Origin: Alkalibaculum bacchi
GTDB taxonomy: Bacteria > Bacillota > Clostridia > Eubacteriales > Alkalibacteraceae
Assembly (NCBI RefSeq): GCF_003317055.1
Contig: NZ_QNRX01000001.1
Coordinates: 93,641-125,640, forward strand
DNA length: 32,000 nucleotides
Direction of reading: 5' to 3'
Position 1 is the stretch's first letter; each line of letters opens with the position of its first letter. Shown here one piece after another: positions 25,281 to 32,000 of this stretch. The notes below the pieces were generated by a model. That model did no database searches, had not been told where the DNA came from, and saw only the letters and a list, made by a program, of their open reading frames with translations. The position numbers and the translations under genes are program-made.

Positions 25281-25399
25281 CTAGTGACTAGCCATTAACC
25301 GCTAGTCACTAGTATCATGGTATTCCTCTAGGGTCCTTTTGCTATCAAAGGTAGCATTACGGTTTTTGGTTTTAAGATTTAGCTTACCACCTTATGTAG
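25281..25399 (+). repeat. Mosaic intergenic element copy J
   Basis: The 12-bp perfect hairpin CTAGTGACTAGC-cattaacc-GCTAGTCACTAG begins right after the PP2C stop. GTATTCCTCTAGGGTC and GCTATCAAAGGTAGC follow. Then GGTTTTAAGATTTAGCTTACCACCTTATGTAG parallels 30657-30685. Confidence 0.75.
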
Positions 25400-25402
25400 A
25401 AC

Positions 25403-25451
25403 GATATAAGGGACGATTTCACACGATTTGATGAAATTCGTCCCTTATATC
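25403..25451. other. Strong stem-loop of about 18 bp in a long convergent intergenic region
   Basis: GATATAAGGGACGATTTC pairs with GAAATTCGTCCCTTATATC (one bulge) around a 12-nt loop. No flanking T-run is present on either strand. Confidence 0.6.
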
Positions 25452-25795
25452 TTGTACTCAATCTCCATGCAATTTCCTTCCTGAAGCTAATCTTCCAAGG
25501 TGTGGTTTTATTAAAGATCAATCTATACTTTTAAGTGGTCACGCGTTACCTCTAATCCACTCCATAATGTAAACAGTTTAGACTACTTCCTAATTCCGTT
25601 TTAGGTTCCTTAATAATCCTTAAAGATTATTGGAGGATTCATCTGCTTATTTACCTACTGCTATTTTATAGATTAGCTTAAAAGCTTTGATTATCTTTTT
25701 ATGAAACCTGTTACCTTGTACTGATAATATACCCTATTTTTTGAGGATTAAACACAATATTTTATTTTTGGAGTTAAAAACATCTACAAGGTTTT

Positions 25796-25968
25796 AGCCA
25801 TCAGCTGCCAGCTATTAGTCACTAGTCTTTAGTCCCTAGCATTAGGGGATTCCTTTTGGGTCAAGATCCCTCGCTTGCGCTCAGGATGACCGGGTAAGAG
25901 CCAATGTTAAAAGCAGAGATTTCCTATTAAAAAACACTAGCGACTCTTGACTAGCCGCTAGTGACTAA
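25796..25968 (+). repeat. Mosaic intergenic element copy D (full core with inverted heptamer arms)
   Basis: Seven heptamers span 25796-25844 (AGCCATC AGCTGCC AGCTATT AGTCACT AGTCTTT AGTCCCT AGCATTA). The core is GGGGATTCCTTTTGGGTCAAGATCCCTCGCTTGCGCTCAGGATGACCGGGTAAGAGCCAATGTTAAAAGCAGAGATTTCCTATTA. The inverted arm is CACTAGCGACTCTTGACTAGCCGCTAGTGACTA (25936-25968). Confidence 0.85.
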
Positions 25969-25973
25969 CGCGC

Positions 25974-26942
25974 CTAAGGCGCGTACTTAATGCCATTCCA
26001 GTATACTGTGTGTTCTACCTCTGCTTCTTCTGGGAACTCTACATCTTTTAAGGCCCACTTTTTAAATTCTTCAAAGCCAGTTCTGTCTACAATGTATCCG
26101 ATGTGCTCTTTTCCACCTGGGGCATCTTTAGCAATATACTCTGTAACGTAATCATAAGTGTTTAATATGATTTTTACGATACTTTCTTCATCAATCCATT
26201 TAACAAAGTTTTCTCCTTGGCGAGGGTTTTTCTTGCCTGTTCTACCTAGAAGAGTTAATCTATAATATTTTTTATCACTGCGAGTCCATGCACCTGTTGG
26301 GCAATTTAAAACGCACTCACCACAACCTATACATTTTTCATGATTTCTTTCTACCTTATAATTCACCGTTTCTAAAGCGTTTACGGATTTCTTTAGGCAT
26401 TTTTTCACGCAAGCACCGCAGTTGACACATCGGTCCTTGTCATATTGAGGCTCAGTCATTCCGATAATTCCAAAATCATGCATTCGCACTTTTGCACAAT
26501 CATTATGGCAACCTGTTAGGGCAATCTTAAAGTGTAAATCATTTGGAAATATGGCTTTTTCAATTCGCTTAGCAAATGCAGATGTATTATAACATCCATA
26601 GGGACAGACATTATTTCCGATACAAGCTGTTACATTACGAGTTCCTGAAGCATTATAACCCTCTCCAGGATTTTCTTGATTAATATCCAATCCTTCAATA
26701 ATTGGTTGTAATAGCTCGTTGACTTTTGGCATATCTTGATATGCAATACCAGGTACTTCAAAGCCCTGTCTCGATGTAATATGTACCGTTCCATTTCCGT
26801 ATGTTTCTGCAATATTTTGTATCATAGACAAAAATTTAGCATCTAAATGACCACCAGGAACTCGAATTCGGGATGCAGTGATTCCCCTATGTTTTGTTAC
26901 ACGAAAAGCGTTCTTTTTTAATTGTTTTGTATTCATATCCAT
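25974..26942 (-). CDS. asrC: Anaerobic sulfite reductase subunit C (siroheme/4Fe-4S)
   Basis: The 322-aa product has a nitrite/sulfite reductase fold with an inserted ferredoxin (CVNCGACVKKC, CIGCGECVLNC). It is third in an asrA-asrB-asrC order. Confidence 0.85.
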   Translation of the reverse strand: MDMNTKQLKKNAFRVTKHRGITASRIRVPGGHLDAKFLSMIQNIAETYGNGTVHITSRQGFEVPGIAYQDMPKVNELLQPIIEGLDINQENPGEGYNASGTRNVTACIGNNVCPYGCYNTSAFAKRIEKAIFPNDLHFKIALTGCHNDCAKVRMHDFGIIGMTEPQYDKDRCVNCGACVKKCLKKSVNALETVNYKVERNHEKCIGCGECVLNCPTGAWTRSDKKYYRLTLLGRTGKKNPRQGENFVKWIDEESIVKIILNTYDYVTEYIAKDAPGGKEHIGYIVDRTGFEEFKKWALKDVEFPEEAEVEHTVYWNGIKYAP

Positions 26943-26957
26943 ACTAGCTTCTCCCCC

Positions 26958-27749
26958 CTAATCCAATAATTGGCGACCTTTTGTATAATTAAATACTGGG
27001 CCATCTAAACACACATACACGTCATCGATTTTACAGTGACCACATTTACCTAGACCACAACACATTTTTCTTTCTTGTGAAATCCAAATGTTTTCTTCTT
27101 TAAATCCGATATCTAGTAGACCTAATGTTGAAAACTTCATCATCGGAGGCGGTCCTACGACGACAGCTACTGCTTCTTCTATATTTTCAAGTTGTAGTTT
27201 TGGAATATATTCTGTAACCATGCCTACATTGCAGATAAATCCTTCTTCAGCACAATCTACAGTCAAAATAACGTCCATAGTTTTTTCCCATTTTTCAAAA
27301 TCTTTTGTAAACAAAATATCATCAGGGCTTTTAAATCCTGCAATGAAAGTAAGAGACTTAACTTCATCTTTATGATCGCTAAAATAATCTATTACCCCTC
27401 TAATAGGAGAAACACCTGTACCACCAGCTACAACAACTAAATCTTTTCCCTTATACTCTTCAATATCAAAACCATTTCCGTAAGGTCCTCGTAAAAACAA
27501 TTTGTCTCCTACATAATGCTCAAAAATTTCATCTGTTACTTTACCTACTCGGCGTACGGTCAAATCTACAGTTCCTTCTCCTATCCCACTTACAGAGATT
27601 GGGGCTTCTCCAAACTTAGGAATAGAGACTTCAAAAAACTGTCCTGGTTTTACAGGTCCTGTATAGGTCATTCTAAAGGTGTATTCAATATCTGTATGCT
27701 TAATAACTTCTTTTATTTCTGATTGAAATGGAATATATTCATTTTGCAT
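26958..27749 (-). CDS. asrB: Anaerobic sulfite reductase subunit B (FAD/NAD and 2Fe-2S)
   Basis: The 263-aa product has an FNR-like flavin/NAD fold (GGTGVSP) and a C-terminal CCGLGKCGHCK...C cluster. Confidence 0.85.
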   Translation of the reverse strand: MQNEYIPFQSEIKEVIKHTDIEYTFRMTYTGPVKPGQFFEVSIPKFGEAPISVSGIGEGTVDLTVRRVGKVTDEIFEHYVGDKLFLRGPYGNGFDIEEYKGKDLVVVAGGTGVSPIRGVIDYFSDHKDEVKSLTFIAGFKSPDDILFTKDFEKWEKTMDVILTVDCAEEGFICNVGMVTEYIPKLQLENIEEAVAVVVGPPPMMKFSTLGLLDIGFKEENIWISQERKMCCGLGKCGHCKIDDVYVCLDGPVFNYTKGRQLLD

Positions 27750-28759
27750 TATTTAGACACCTCCTGTATTGCATCTTCTAATTTATTGAGGATTTTAGAA
27801 TAAGAGATATATTCTGGACAAACATCATCGCAACGGCCACAACCTGTACACATGTGATAGCCATTTCTCTTTTTAAAGTCATACACTTTATGCAATACTT
27901 TAAAGCGCATTCTTTGACCATTTTTCTTTCGGTAGCTTCCGCCGCCTGCTACATCTGTAAATCCATCAACCATACAGGAAGCTTGAACTCTTCTACGCTC
28001 ACCAACTTTGCCATTGTCTGTGTAGAAGATATCCTGCATTGTAAAGCAAGTACAAGTAGGACATGAGAAATTACATCTACCACAATTAATACAACGGCTA
28101 TCGTATTCATCCCACATTGTGGAGTTAAAAATGTCTAGTGTAATATTTTCTGGAATAGATACTCTTGTCATTGTTTCTGTTACGTGCGCAGGAACTACTT
28201 CCTCTATGCAAGAGCTATTAGCTGAAAGGAGGTCTTCCCAATCATTGTTTTTATTATCTATGCAGACTGTATCTCCTTTTCGTTCTAATGAAGCATCATA
28301 ATCTTTTGATTCATTGGTACCCATATCTACGCAGAAGCAACTATCAAATGCACTTTCGCAGCCTATTAGCACAAATTTCACTTTATCTCTTAGTCTCTTA
28401 TAGTAATAGTCTTCTGGACCATTATGTAAATAAATCTCATCTAGTCTTTTTACACTGTGCAAATCACAACTTCTAAGTAGTACAATTGCTCCTTTTTTTG
28501 GTGAATCTGCCTCTTTCACTTCATCTTCTGTAAAGAAGAAAAGGGTTTCTGATAGGGGAATAAGAATCTCTTTAAAAGAAAAATCGGATTTTTCATTTAA
28601 TTCAATTTCCTCTACCTTTTGTACTTCTCCATAGCGTATGACGTCCGTATCTGAAAAAGCTCCACCTCCTACAAAACGCTTTGGGGCATAAATTACATTT
28701 TCTTCAGACCATTGCTTGAATACATCATTGGCTTTTTCCAGTGTCAAATGATAACCCAT
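27749..28759 (-). CDS. asrA: Anaerobic sulfite reductase subunit A (4Fe-4S)
   Basis: The 336-aa product has CINCGRCNFSCPTCTC and CTGCGRCDDVCP motifs. It overlaps asrB by 1 nt. Confidence 0.85.
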   Translation of the reverse strand: MGYHLTLEKANDVFKQWSEENVIYAPKRFVGGGAFSDTDVIRYGEVQKVEEIELNEKSDFSFKEILIPLSETLFFFTEDEVKEADSPKKGAIVLLRSCDLHSVKRLDEIYLHNGPEDYYYKRLRDKVKFVLIGCESAFDSCFCVDMGTNESKDYDASLERKGDTVCIDNKNNDWEDLLSANSSCIEEVVPAHVTETMTRVSIPENITLDIFNSTMWDEYDSRCINCGRCNFSCPTCTCFTMQDIFYTDNGKVGERRRVQASCMVDGFTDVAGGGSYRKKNGQRMRFKVLHKVYDFKKRNGYHMCTGCGRCDDVCPEYISYSKILNKLEDAIQEVSK

Positions 28760-28851
28760 GTTTTACACCTCTTTCTTTTAATTTAAAGTCCATTTAGGAC
28801 TACTTGCTCACTAGGTTTGTTTTATATGTTTGTTTTTTATTTTTCAAGTAT

Positions 28852-28893
28852 AGTATATAATTCTAGAACAATGTTCACAGTGATATTTATCAC
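28852..28893 (-). promoter_or_regulatory. Crp/Fnr-type box plus -10 element upstream of asrA
   Basis: GTGATatttATCAC at 28880-28893 fits TGTGA-N6-TCACA / TGAT-N4-ATCA. On the minus strand TATACT lies at 28857-28852. The box centre is about 41.5 nt upstream of the implied start, a class II geometry. Confidence 0.45.
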
Positions 28894-28958
28894 GAACTTA
28901 ATATTTTTTATTTTACCACTAATTTGCAACTATCAAACACAATTTATCTATTATTTTA

Positions 28959-29756
28959 CTATTGTTCAAGAGCTTTTCCGACTTTTTTCCCTGCTATTAT
29001 ATAATAAGGAATGGCTAAAAATAAAATTCCGCCTATCATATTCCCTATAGTTACAACACCAATATTGTACAAGTATCCCCCTAAAGAAATTGCAGTTCCA
29101 TGAGGAGCTAATAGCCCAATAGTTAAAAGAGTCATATTAGCGATGCTGTGTTCAAACCCTGATGTTATGAATGCAAATAAACAGAGAAAAATCATAATCA
29201 ATTTGCCGCTCTCTGATTTACATCTAGTACTGCTCCAAATAGCTAAGCATACTAATATATTACATAGAACTCCTTTTAACAGAAGGGAAATCAGCGGAAT
29301 GCTCATTTTTGTTGCTGACATTGCAGCAACAAACTCGCCAATTGGTCCAGTACTAATACCTGCCCCCCAGGATAGAATAGCTAAAACAATTGAACCTGCC
29401 CAATTGCCAAGGTAGCATACGATCCAAACTTTTATAGTGTCTTTCCAAGAAACCGTGCCCATTAACGCACCTGTGCCTATGACGAAATTATTTCCCGTAA
29501 ACAATTCTGCCCCTGCAATTACTACTAGACTTAAGGCAATGGAAAAAGACACCCCCATAATGATTTTAGTATAGGGCCCACCTTGAAGCATCCCCCCAAT
29601 AGAATGAATGAGCAATACGCCAAACCCTACATAGGCTCCACCTAACATAGATGCAATAAAATAGCCCAAAAGATTACCTTTCATAAAACTGACTTTTGCT
29701 TTTGCTGCCTTTGAAACTAGTTTTAAATCCTCTTCATACATTTTAGCTGTCCTCAC
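28959..29756 (-). CDS. Formate/nitrite transporter family channel (likely the hydrosulfide/nitrite-type FNT linked to asrABC)
   Basis: The 265-aa product has 6 TM segments and FNT motifs (GAELFTGN, SGFEHSIANM). It lies immediately upstream of asrABC on the same strand. Confidence 0.8.
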   Translation of the reverse strand: MRTAKMYEEDLKLVSKAAKAKVSFMKGNLLGYFIASMLGGAYVGFGVLLIHSIGGMLQGGPYTKIIMGVSFSIALSLVVIAGAELFTGNNFVIGTGALMGTVSWKDTIKVWIVCYLGNWAGSIVLAILSWGAGISTGPIGEFVAAMSATKMSIPLISLLLKGVLCNILVCLAIWSSTRCKSESGKLIMIFLCLFAFITSGFEHSIANMTLLTIGLLAPHGTAISLGGYLYNIGVVTIGNMIGGILFLAIPYYIIAGKKVGKALEQ

Positions 29757-29802
29757 AATCTATGTTTGTCTTTTATTTATCAACAATAGTATAGTACATA
29801 AA

Positions 29803-29838
29803 TAAAAAAGGAACCGTGATAAAAGTCACGGTTCCTTA
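29803..29838 (-). terminator. Intrinsic terminator overlapping the stop codon of the Crp/Fnr gene
   Basis: The minus strand reads AAGGAACCGTGA-ctttta-TCACGGTTCCTT followed by a T-run. The stem is 12 bp. Confidence 0.8.
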
Positions 29839-30530
29839 AAATAACTTGCTAATTTTTCACGATCGTAAACAATAAATTTCTTGTCTTCTATTCCCACGAG
29901 ACCATGTTCCTTTAAAATTTTTATCTGTCTTGAAACCGTTTCTCTTTGGGATCCTAACATATCGGCGAGATATGTAATACTTAAGTCCATATCAATACAA
30001 ATGCCTTTCTCACAAGCTACTCCGTAATCTCCAGACAATTTCCACAATTTAGCTGCAATTCGTTTATCTGCTCGTACAGAATTAGATGTATTTTTAAGCT
30101 GGCGATATAAGCGTCTAGTCTTTAATGACAGAGATCGCAAGACTCCCTTTGTCAAATTAAAGTCTTGGCTCATAATATGTAAAAACTTGTCTTTGTTCCA
30201 GCACAAAATCTCACTAGGCTCAAAGGCATCACAACTTATAGAAGATGGCAAACCCTGGAGTACTACTTCATTTATCATCTTTCCTTTTCCCAAAATAAAG
30301 ATCACCTTTTTCTCACCCTGAGAACTCATCTTATAAAGAGAGACCAAACCACTTTTCACAAGATATAGACTAGAACACTCGTCTTTATCTTTGAAAATGT
30401 GTTCATTTTTCTTATACTGACGAACACTAAAACAATCAGCAAGAGTATCTAAAGTTTCAGATTTAGCCTCTCTAAATACTTCAATACCCTTAAGGATTTC
30501 TATTTTATCTGCACTGGTCCACTTTTCCAT
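29826..30530 (-). CDS. Crp/Fnr family transcriptional regulator
   Basis: The 234-aa product has an N-terminal cNMP-binding-like beta-roll and a C-terminal HTH (ITYLADMLGSQRETVSRQIKILKEHG). No N-terminal Cys cluster is present. Confidence 0.85.
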   Translation of the reverse strand: MEKWTSADKIEILKGIEVFREAKSETLDTLADCFSVRQYKKNEHIFKDKDECSSLYLVKSGLVSLYKMSSQGEKKVIFILGKGKMINEVVLQGLPSSISCDAFEPSEILCWNKDKFLHIMSQDFNLTKGVLRSLSLKTRRLYRQLKNTSNSVRADKRIAAKLWKLSGDYGVACEKGICIDMDLSITYLADMLGSQRETVSRQIKILKEHGLVGIEDKKFIVYDREKLASYFKEP

Positions 30531-30543
30531 TTTACACCTCTTT

Positions 30544-30620
30544 TTGAACAGTAGTTAAACGATCTTGAAACCATAGTTGAACAATGGTTGAGCAATAGTT
30601 AAACGATGGTTAAACAATTG
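30544..30620 (+). repeat. 11-nt periodic array (7 units) directly upstream of the Crp/Fnr start codon
   Basis: The units are ttgaacagtag ttaaacgatct tgaaaccatag ttgaacaatgg ttgagcaatag ttaaacgatgg ttaaacaattg. The array ends 14 nt from the ATG at 30530. Confidence 0.8.
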
Positions 30621-30629
30621 TATTAGACT

Positions 30630-30740
30630 CTCGCCTACGGCGAGTTCAACTTTAAAGGTTTTAAAATTTTGCTTACCACCTTACCACCTTACTACCTTAC
30701 TACCTTACCACCTGACCACCTGACTACCTGACTACCTTAA
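30630..30740 (+). repeat. CTCGCC-tac-GGCGAG hairpin plus an 8-unit octamer array
   Basis: The octamers at 30672-30735 are CTTACCAC x2, CTTACTAC x2, CTTACCAC, CTGACCAC, CTGACTAC x2. Only positions 3 (T/G) and 6 (C/T) vary. Confidence 0.85.
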
Positions 30741-30741
30741 C

Positions 30742-30775
30742 GAAAAAAACACGAAATCATCTCTGATTCGTGTTT
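30742..30775 (-). terminator. Intrinsic terminator after the tRNA
   Basis: The minus strand reads AACACGAAtcagagatgaTTTCGTGTT followed by TTTTTT. Confidence 0.75.
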
Positions 30776-30782
30776 TATGAAA

Positions 30783-30858
30783 TGGTTGCGGGGACAGGAC
30801 TCGAACCTGCGACCTCCGGGTTATGAGCCCGACGAGCTGCCAACTGCTCCACCCCGCG
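30783..30858 (-). tRNA. tRNA-Met (CAT), initiator type
   Basis: The minus strand reads CGCGGGGTGGAGCAGTTGGCAGCTCGTCGGGCTCATAACCCGGAGGTCGCAGGTTCGAGTCCTGTCCCCGCAACCA. It has three G-C pairs closing the anticodon stem, a C1 mismatch typical of tRNA-fMet and an encoded CCA. Confidence 0.9.
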
Positions 30859-30889
30859 ATAATATTTATGTTCCTTGCGTGTAATATCT

Positions 30890-30917
30890 ATTATAGCACT
30901 ATTTCAAAGTTTGTCAA
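30890..30917 (-). promoter_or_regulatory. Consensus sigma-A promoter for the tRNA
   Basis: On the minus strand, TTGACA (30917-30912) is followed by a 16-nt spacer and TGcTATAAT (-10 at 30895-30890), about 30 nt upstream of the mature 5' end. Confidence 0.65.
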
Positions 30918-30964
30918 CATCTTTTTTACTTTAAATTAACTTATTATGAGAAAAATACTAAATA

Positions 30965-30998
30965 AGTGGAAAGCTGCAATAAACTCACACTTTCCACT
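30965..30998 (-). terminator. Stem-loop after the PBP gene
   Basis: AGTGGAAAG...CTTTCCACT forms a 9-bp stem followed by T-rich sequence on the minus strand. Confidence 0.5.
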
Positions 30999-31011
30999 TT
31001 ACATTTTACAC

Positions 31012-32000
31012 TTATTCATCCTTTTCTTGCTGATCTACTTCAGCTTTTTCTTCTTCGTCGTTTTCTTTTTTAGGCTCTTCTTCTTTTTTCTTCATTTCTT
31101 GAGCTTCTTCAAAAGTATAATTATTGTAGAAATAAGCATCTATTACATCTCTCGCTACTGGGACAGAGTTGATACTTGTATCCCCTTGAATAATCATGGT
31201 CACTACAGCTATTTCAGGATCATCATAAGGAGCAAATGCCATAAACCACCCAGTATTGTCTATCTTTTCCGATCCGTATTGAGCTGTACCTGTTTTACCA
31301 CCTACTCCTATGCCATTGTGATCAAAACCTAGAAAGCCTGATCGACCACTTCCTTGTAGCATTACATCCTTCATGCCTTTTTTGATTTCATCAATATATC
31401 CTTCATCTACGTTAACTTTATTTAGTATTTTTTCTTTATGTTCATAAGTGACTTTTCCATTGCTGTCTACAATCTTATCCACTAAATAAGGTTCTCTCCG
31501 AATGCCCCCATTTACTAAAGTAGCTAAAAAATTTGCCATTTGGATTGGCGTAGTAGAGTTTCCACCTTGACCGATAGATGCATTAATTGTGTCTGTTGTT
31601 ACCCATCTTGAATCCATAATTTGCCGAGTGATATTTTGCAAATATACATTGTCTTTTACATTGTACTTAGCCATAATCGCAGTAACTTCTTCAAAAATAC
31701 GATTGTATAATTGAGAGATTGAGTCGTATTCGTATTTGTCAGGCGTTATTTGAGTGTATAATTCTCTCGCAATCGCGTATGACTTATATACAGCTTGCTC
31801 TGTTCCATCCTCATTTGTAATAATAGCATTTCCCTTAATGCCCACGTTTTTTCGAATATAGTCTGATGTAGAATACGTTCGAATTTGTACTTTATCGGTT
31901 TTTGTCGCCAAGTAACCTGAAGACTCCGATATTTCTAGACCTGTTTTCTGGCCTATTCCAAATTCTTTAGCATATTTTTCGATATTATCTATACCTAATC
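31012..32000 (-). CDS. Penicillin-binding protein 2 / transpeptidase, C-terminal part (partial)
   Basis: KTGTAQ (KTG motif) and transpeptidase-like sequence are present. The same frame stays open to the window edge (..LGIDNIEKYAKEFGIGQKTGLEI..). The tail is acidic and Lys-rich. Confidence 0.8.
   Translation of the reverse strand, partial: LGIDNIEKYAKEFGIGQKTGLEISESSGYLATKTDKVQIRTYSTSDYIRKNVGIKGNAIITNEDGTEQAVYKSYAIARELYTQITPDKYEYDSISQLYNRIFEEVTAIMAKYNVKDNVYLQNITRQIMDSRWVTTDTINASIGQGGNSTTPIQMANFLATLVNGGIRREPYLVDKIVDSNGKVTYEHKEKILNKVNVDEGYIDEIKKGMKDVMLQGSGRSGFLGFDHNGIGVGGKTGTAQYGSEKIDNTGWFMAFAPYDDPEIAVVTMIIQGDTSINSVPVARDVIDAYFYNNYTFEEAQEMKKKEEEPKKENDEEEKAEVDQQEKDE

Noticed and set aside
25452-25795. 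Small ORFs in the unassigned convergent spacer
   Set aside because: The longest ATG-initiated frames are 7-8 codons and lack RBSs, so there is not enough evidence to call a peptide.
30672-30740. Possible CRISPR array (also considered for 8501-8599 and the heptamer arrays)
   Set aside because: The units are only 7-11 nt with no interspersed unique spacers, and there are no cas genes in the window. These are simple tandem word arrays.
108-30740. Interpreting the repeats as an autonomous mobile element or prophage remnant
   Set aside because: There is no transposase, integrase, recombinase or phage gene anywhere in the window. The elements are short (50-340 bp) and confined to intergenic DNA.
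30946-31332. 128-aa plus-strand ORF rich in F/L/I
   Set aside because: It lies antisense to the well-supported PBP gene and its acidic tail. It is a low-complexity translation of an A/G-rich coding strand.

Overview
This is a low-GC Firmicutes (Clostridia-like, spore-former) chromosomal segment, mostly housekeeping genes on the minus strand. Its genes are an SbcC/SbcD-like pair, tsaB-tsaE, a MetH-like methyltransferase, an alpha/beta SASP, ribU behind an FMN riboswitch, tex, prfB with its programmed +1 frameshift, and secA. They continue with a DUF5317-like/HD-GYP operon, hpf, fba, a TIGR01212 radical SAM gene, a V4R-PP2C phosphatase, asrABC with an FNT channel and a Crp/Fnr regulator, an initiator tRNA-Met, and a partial PBP2. 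I see no transposase, integrase, cas gene or recognisable defence gene. The most unusual signal is non-coding. Almost every intergenic gap over about 100 bp holds a mosaic repeat assembled from a small shared set of modules. These modules are a conserved core of about 85 nt containing CCTTCGC..GCTCAGGATGAC, AAAGTGCC/GGCACTTT and CTCGCC/GGCGAG hairpins, and tandem arrays with 7-, 8- and 11-nt periods. One locus looks like an 'empty site' for a nested mini-element of about 45 nt. Two other candidates stand out. One is a GC-rich structured RNA of about 205 nt with a near-consensus promoter upstream of hpf, possibly of the raiA-motif class. The other is a 19-bp long-range inverted repeat bracketing a 26-codon hydrophobic micro-ORF just upstream of the HD-GYP operon. 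All calls come from reading the sequence and the ORF track, and no database search was possible.
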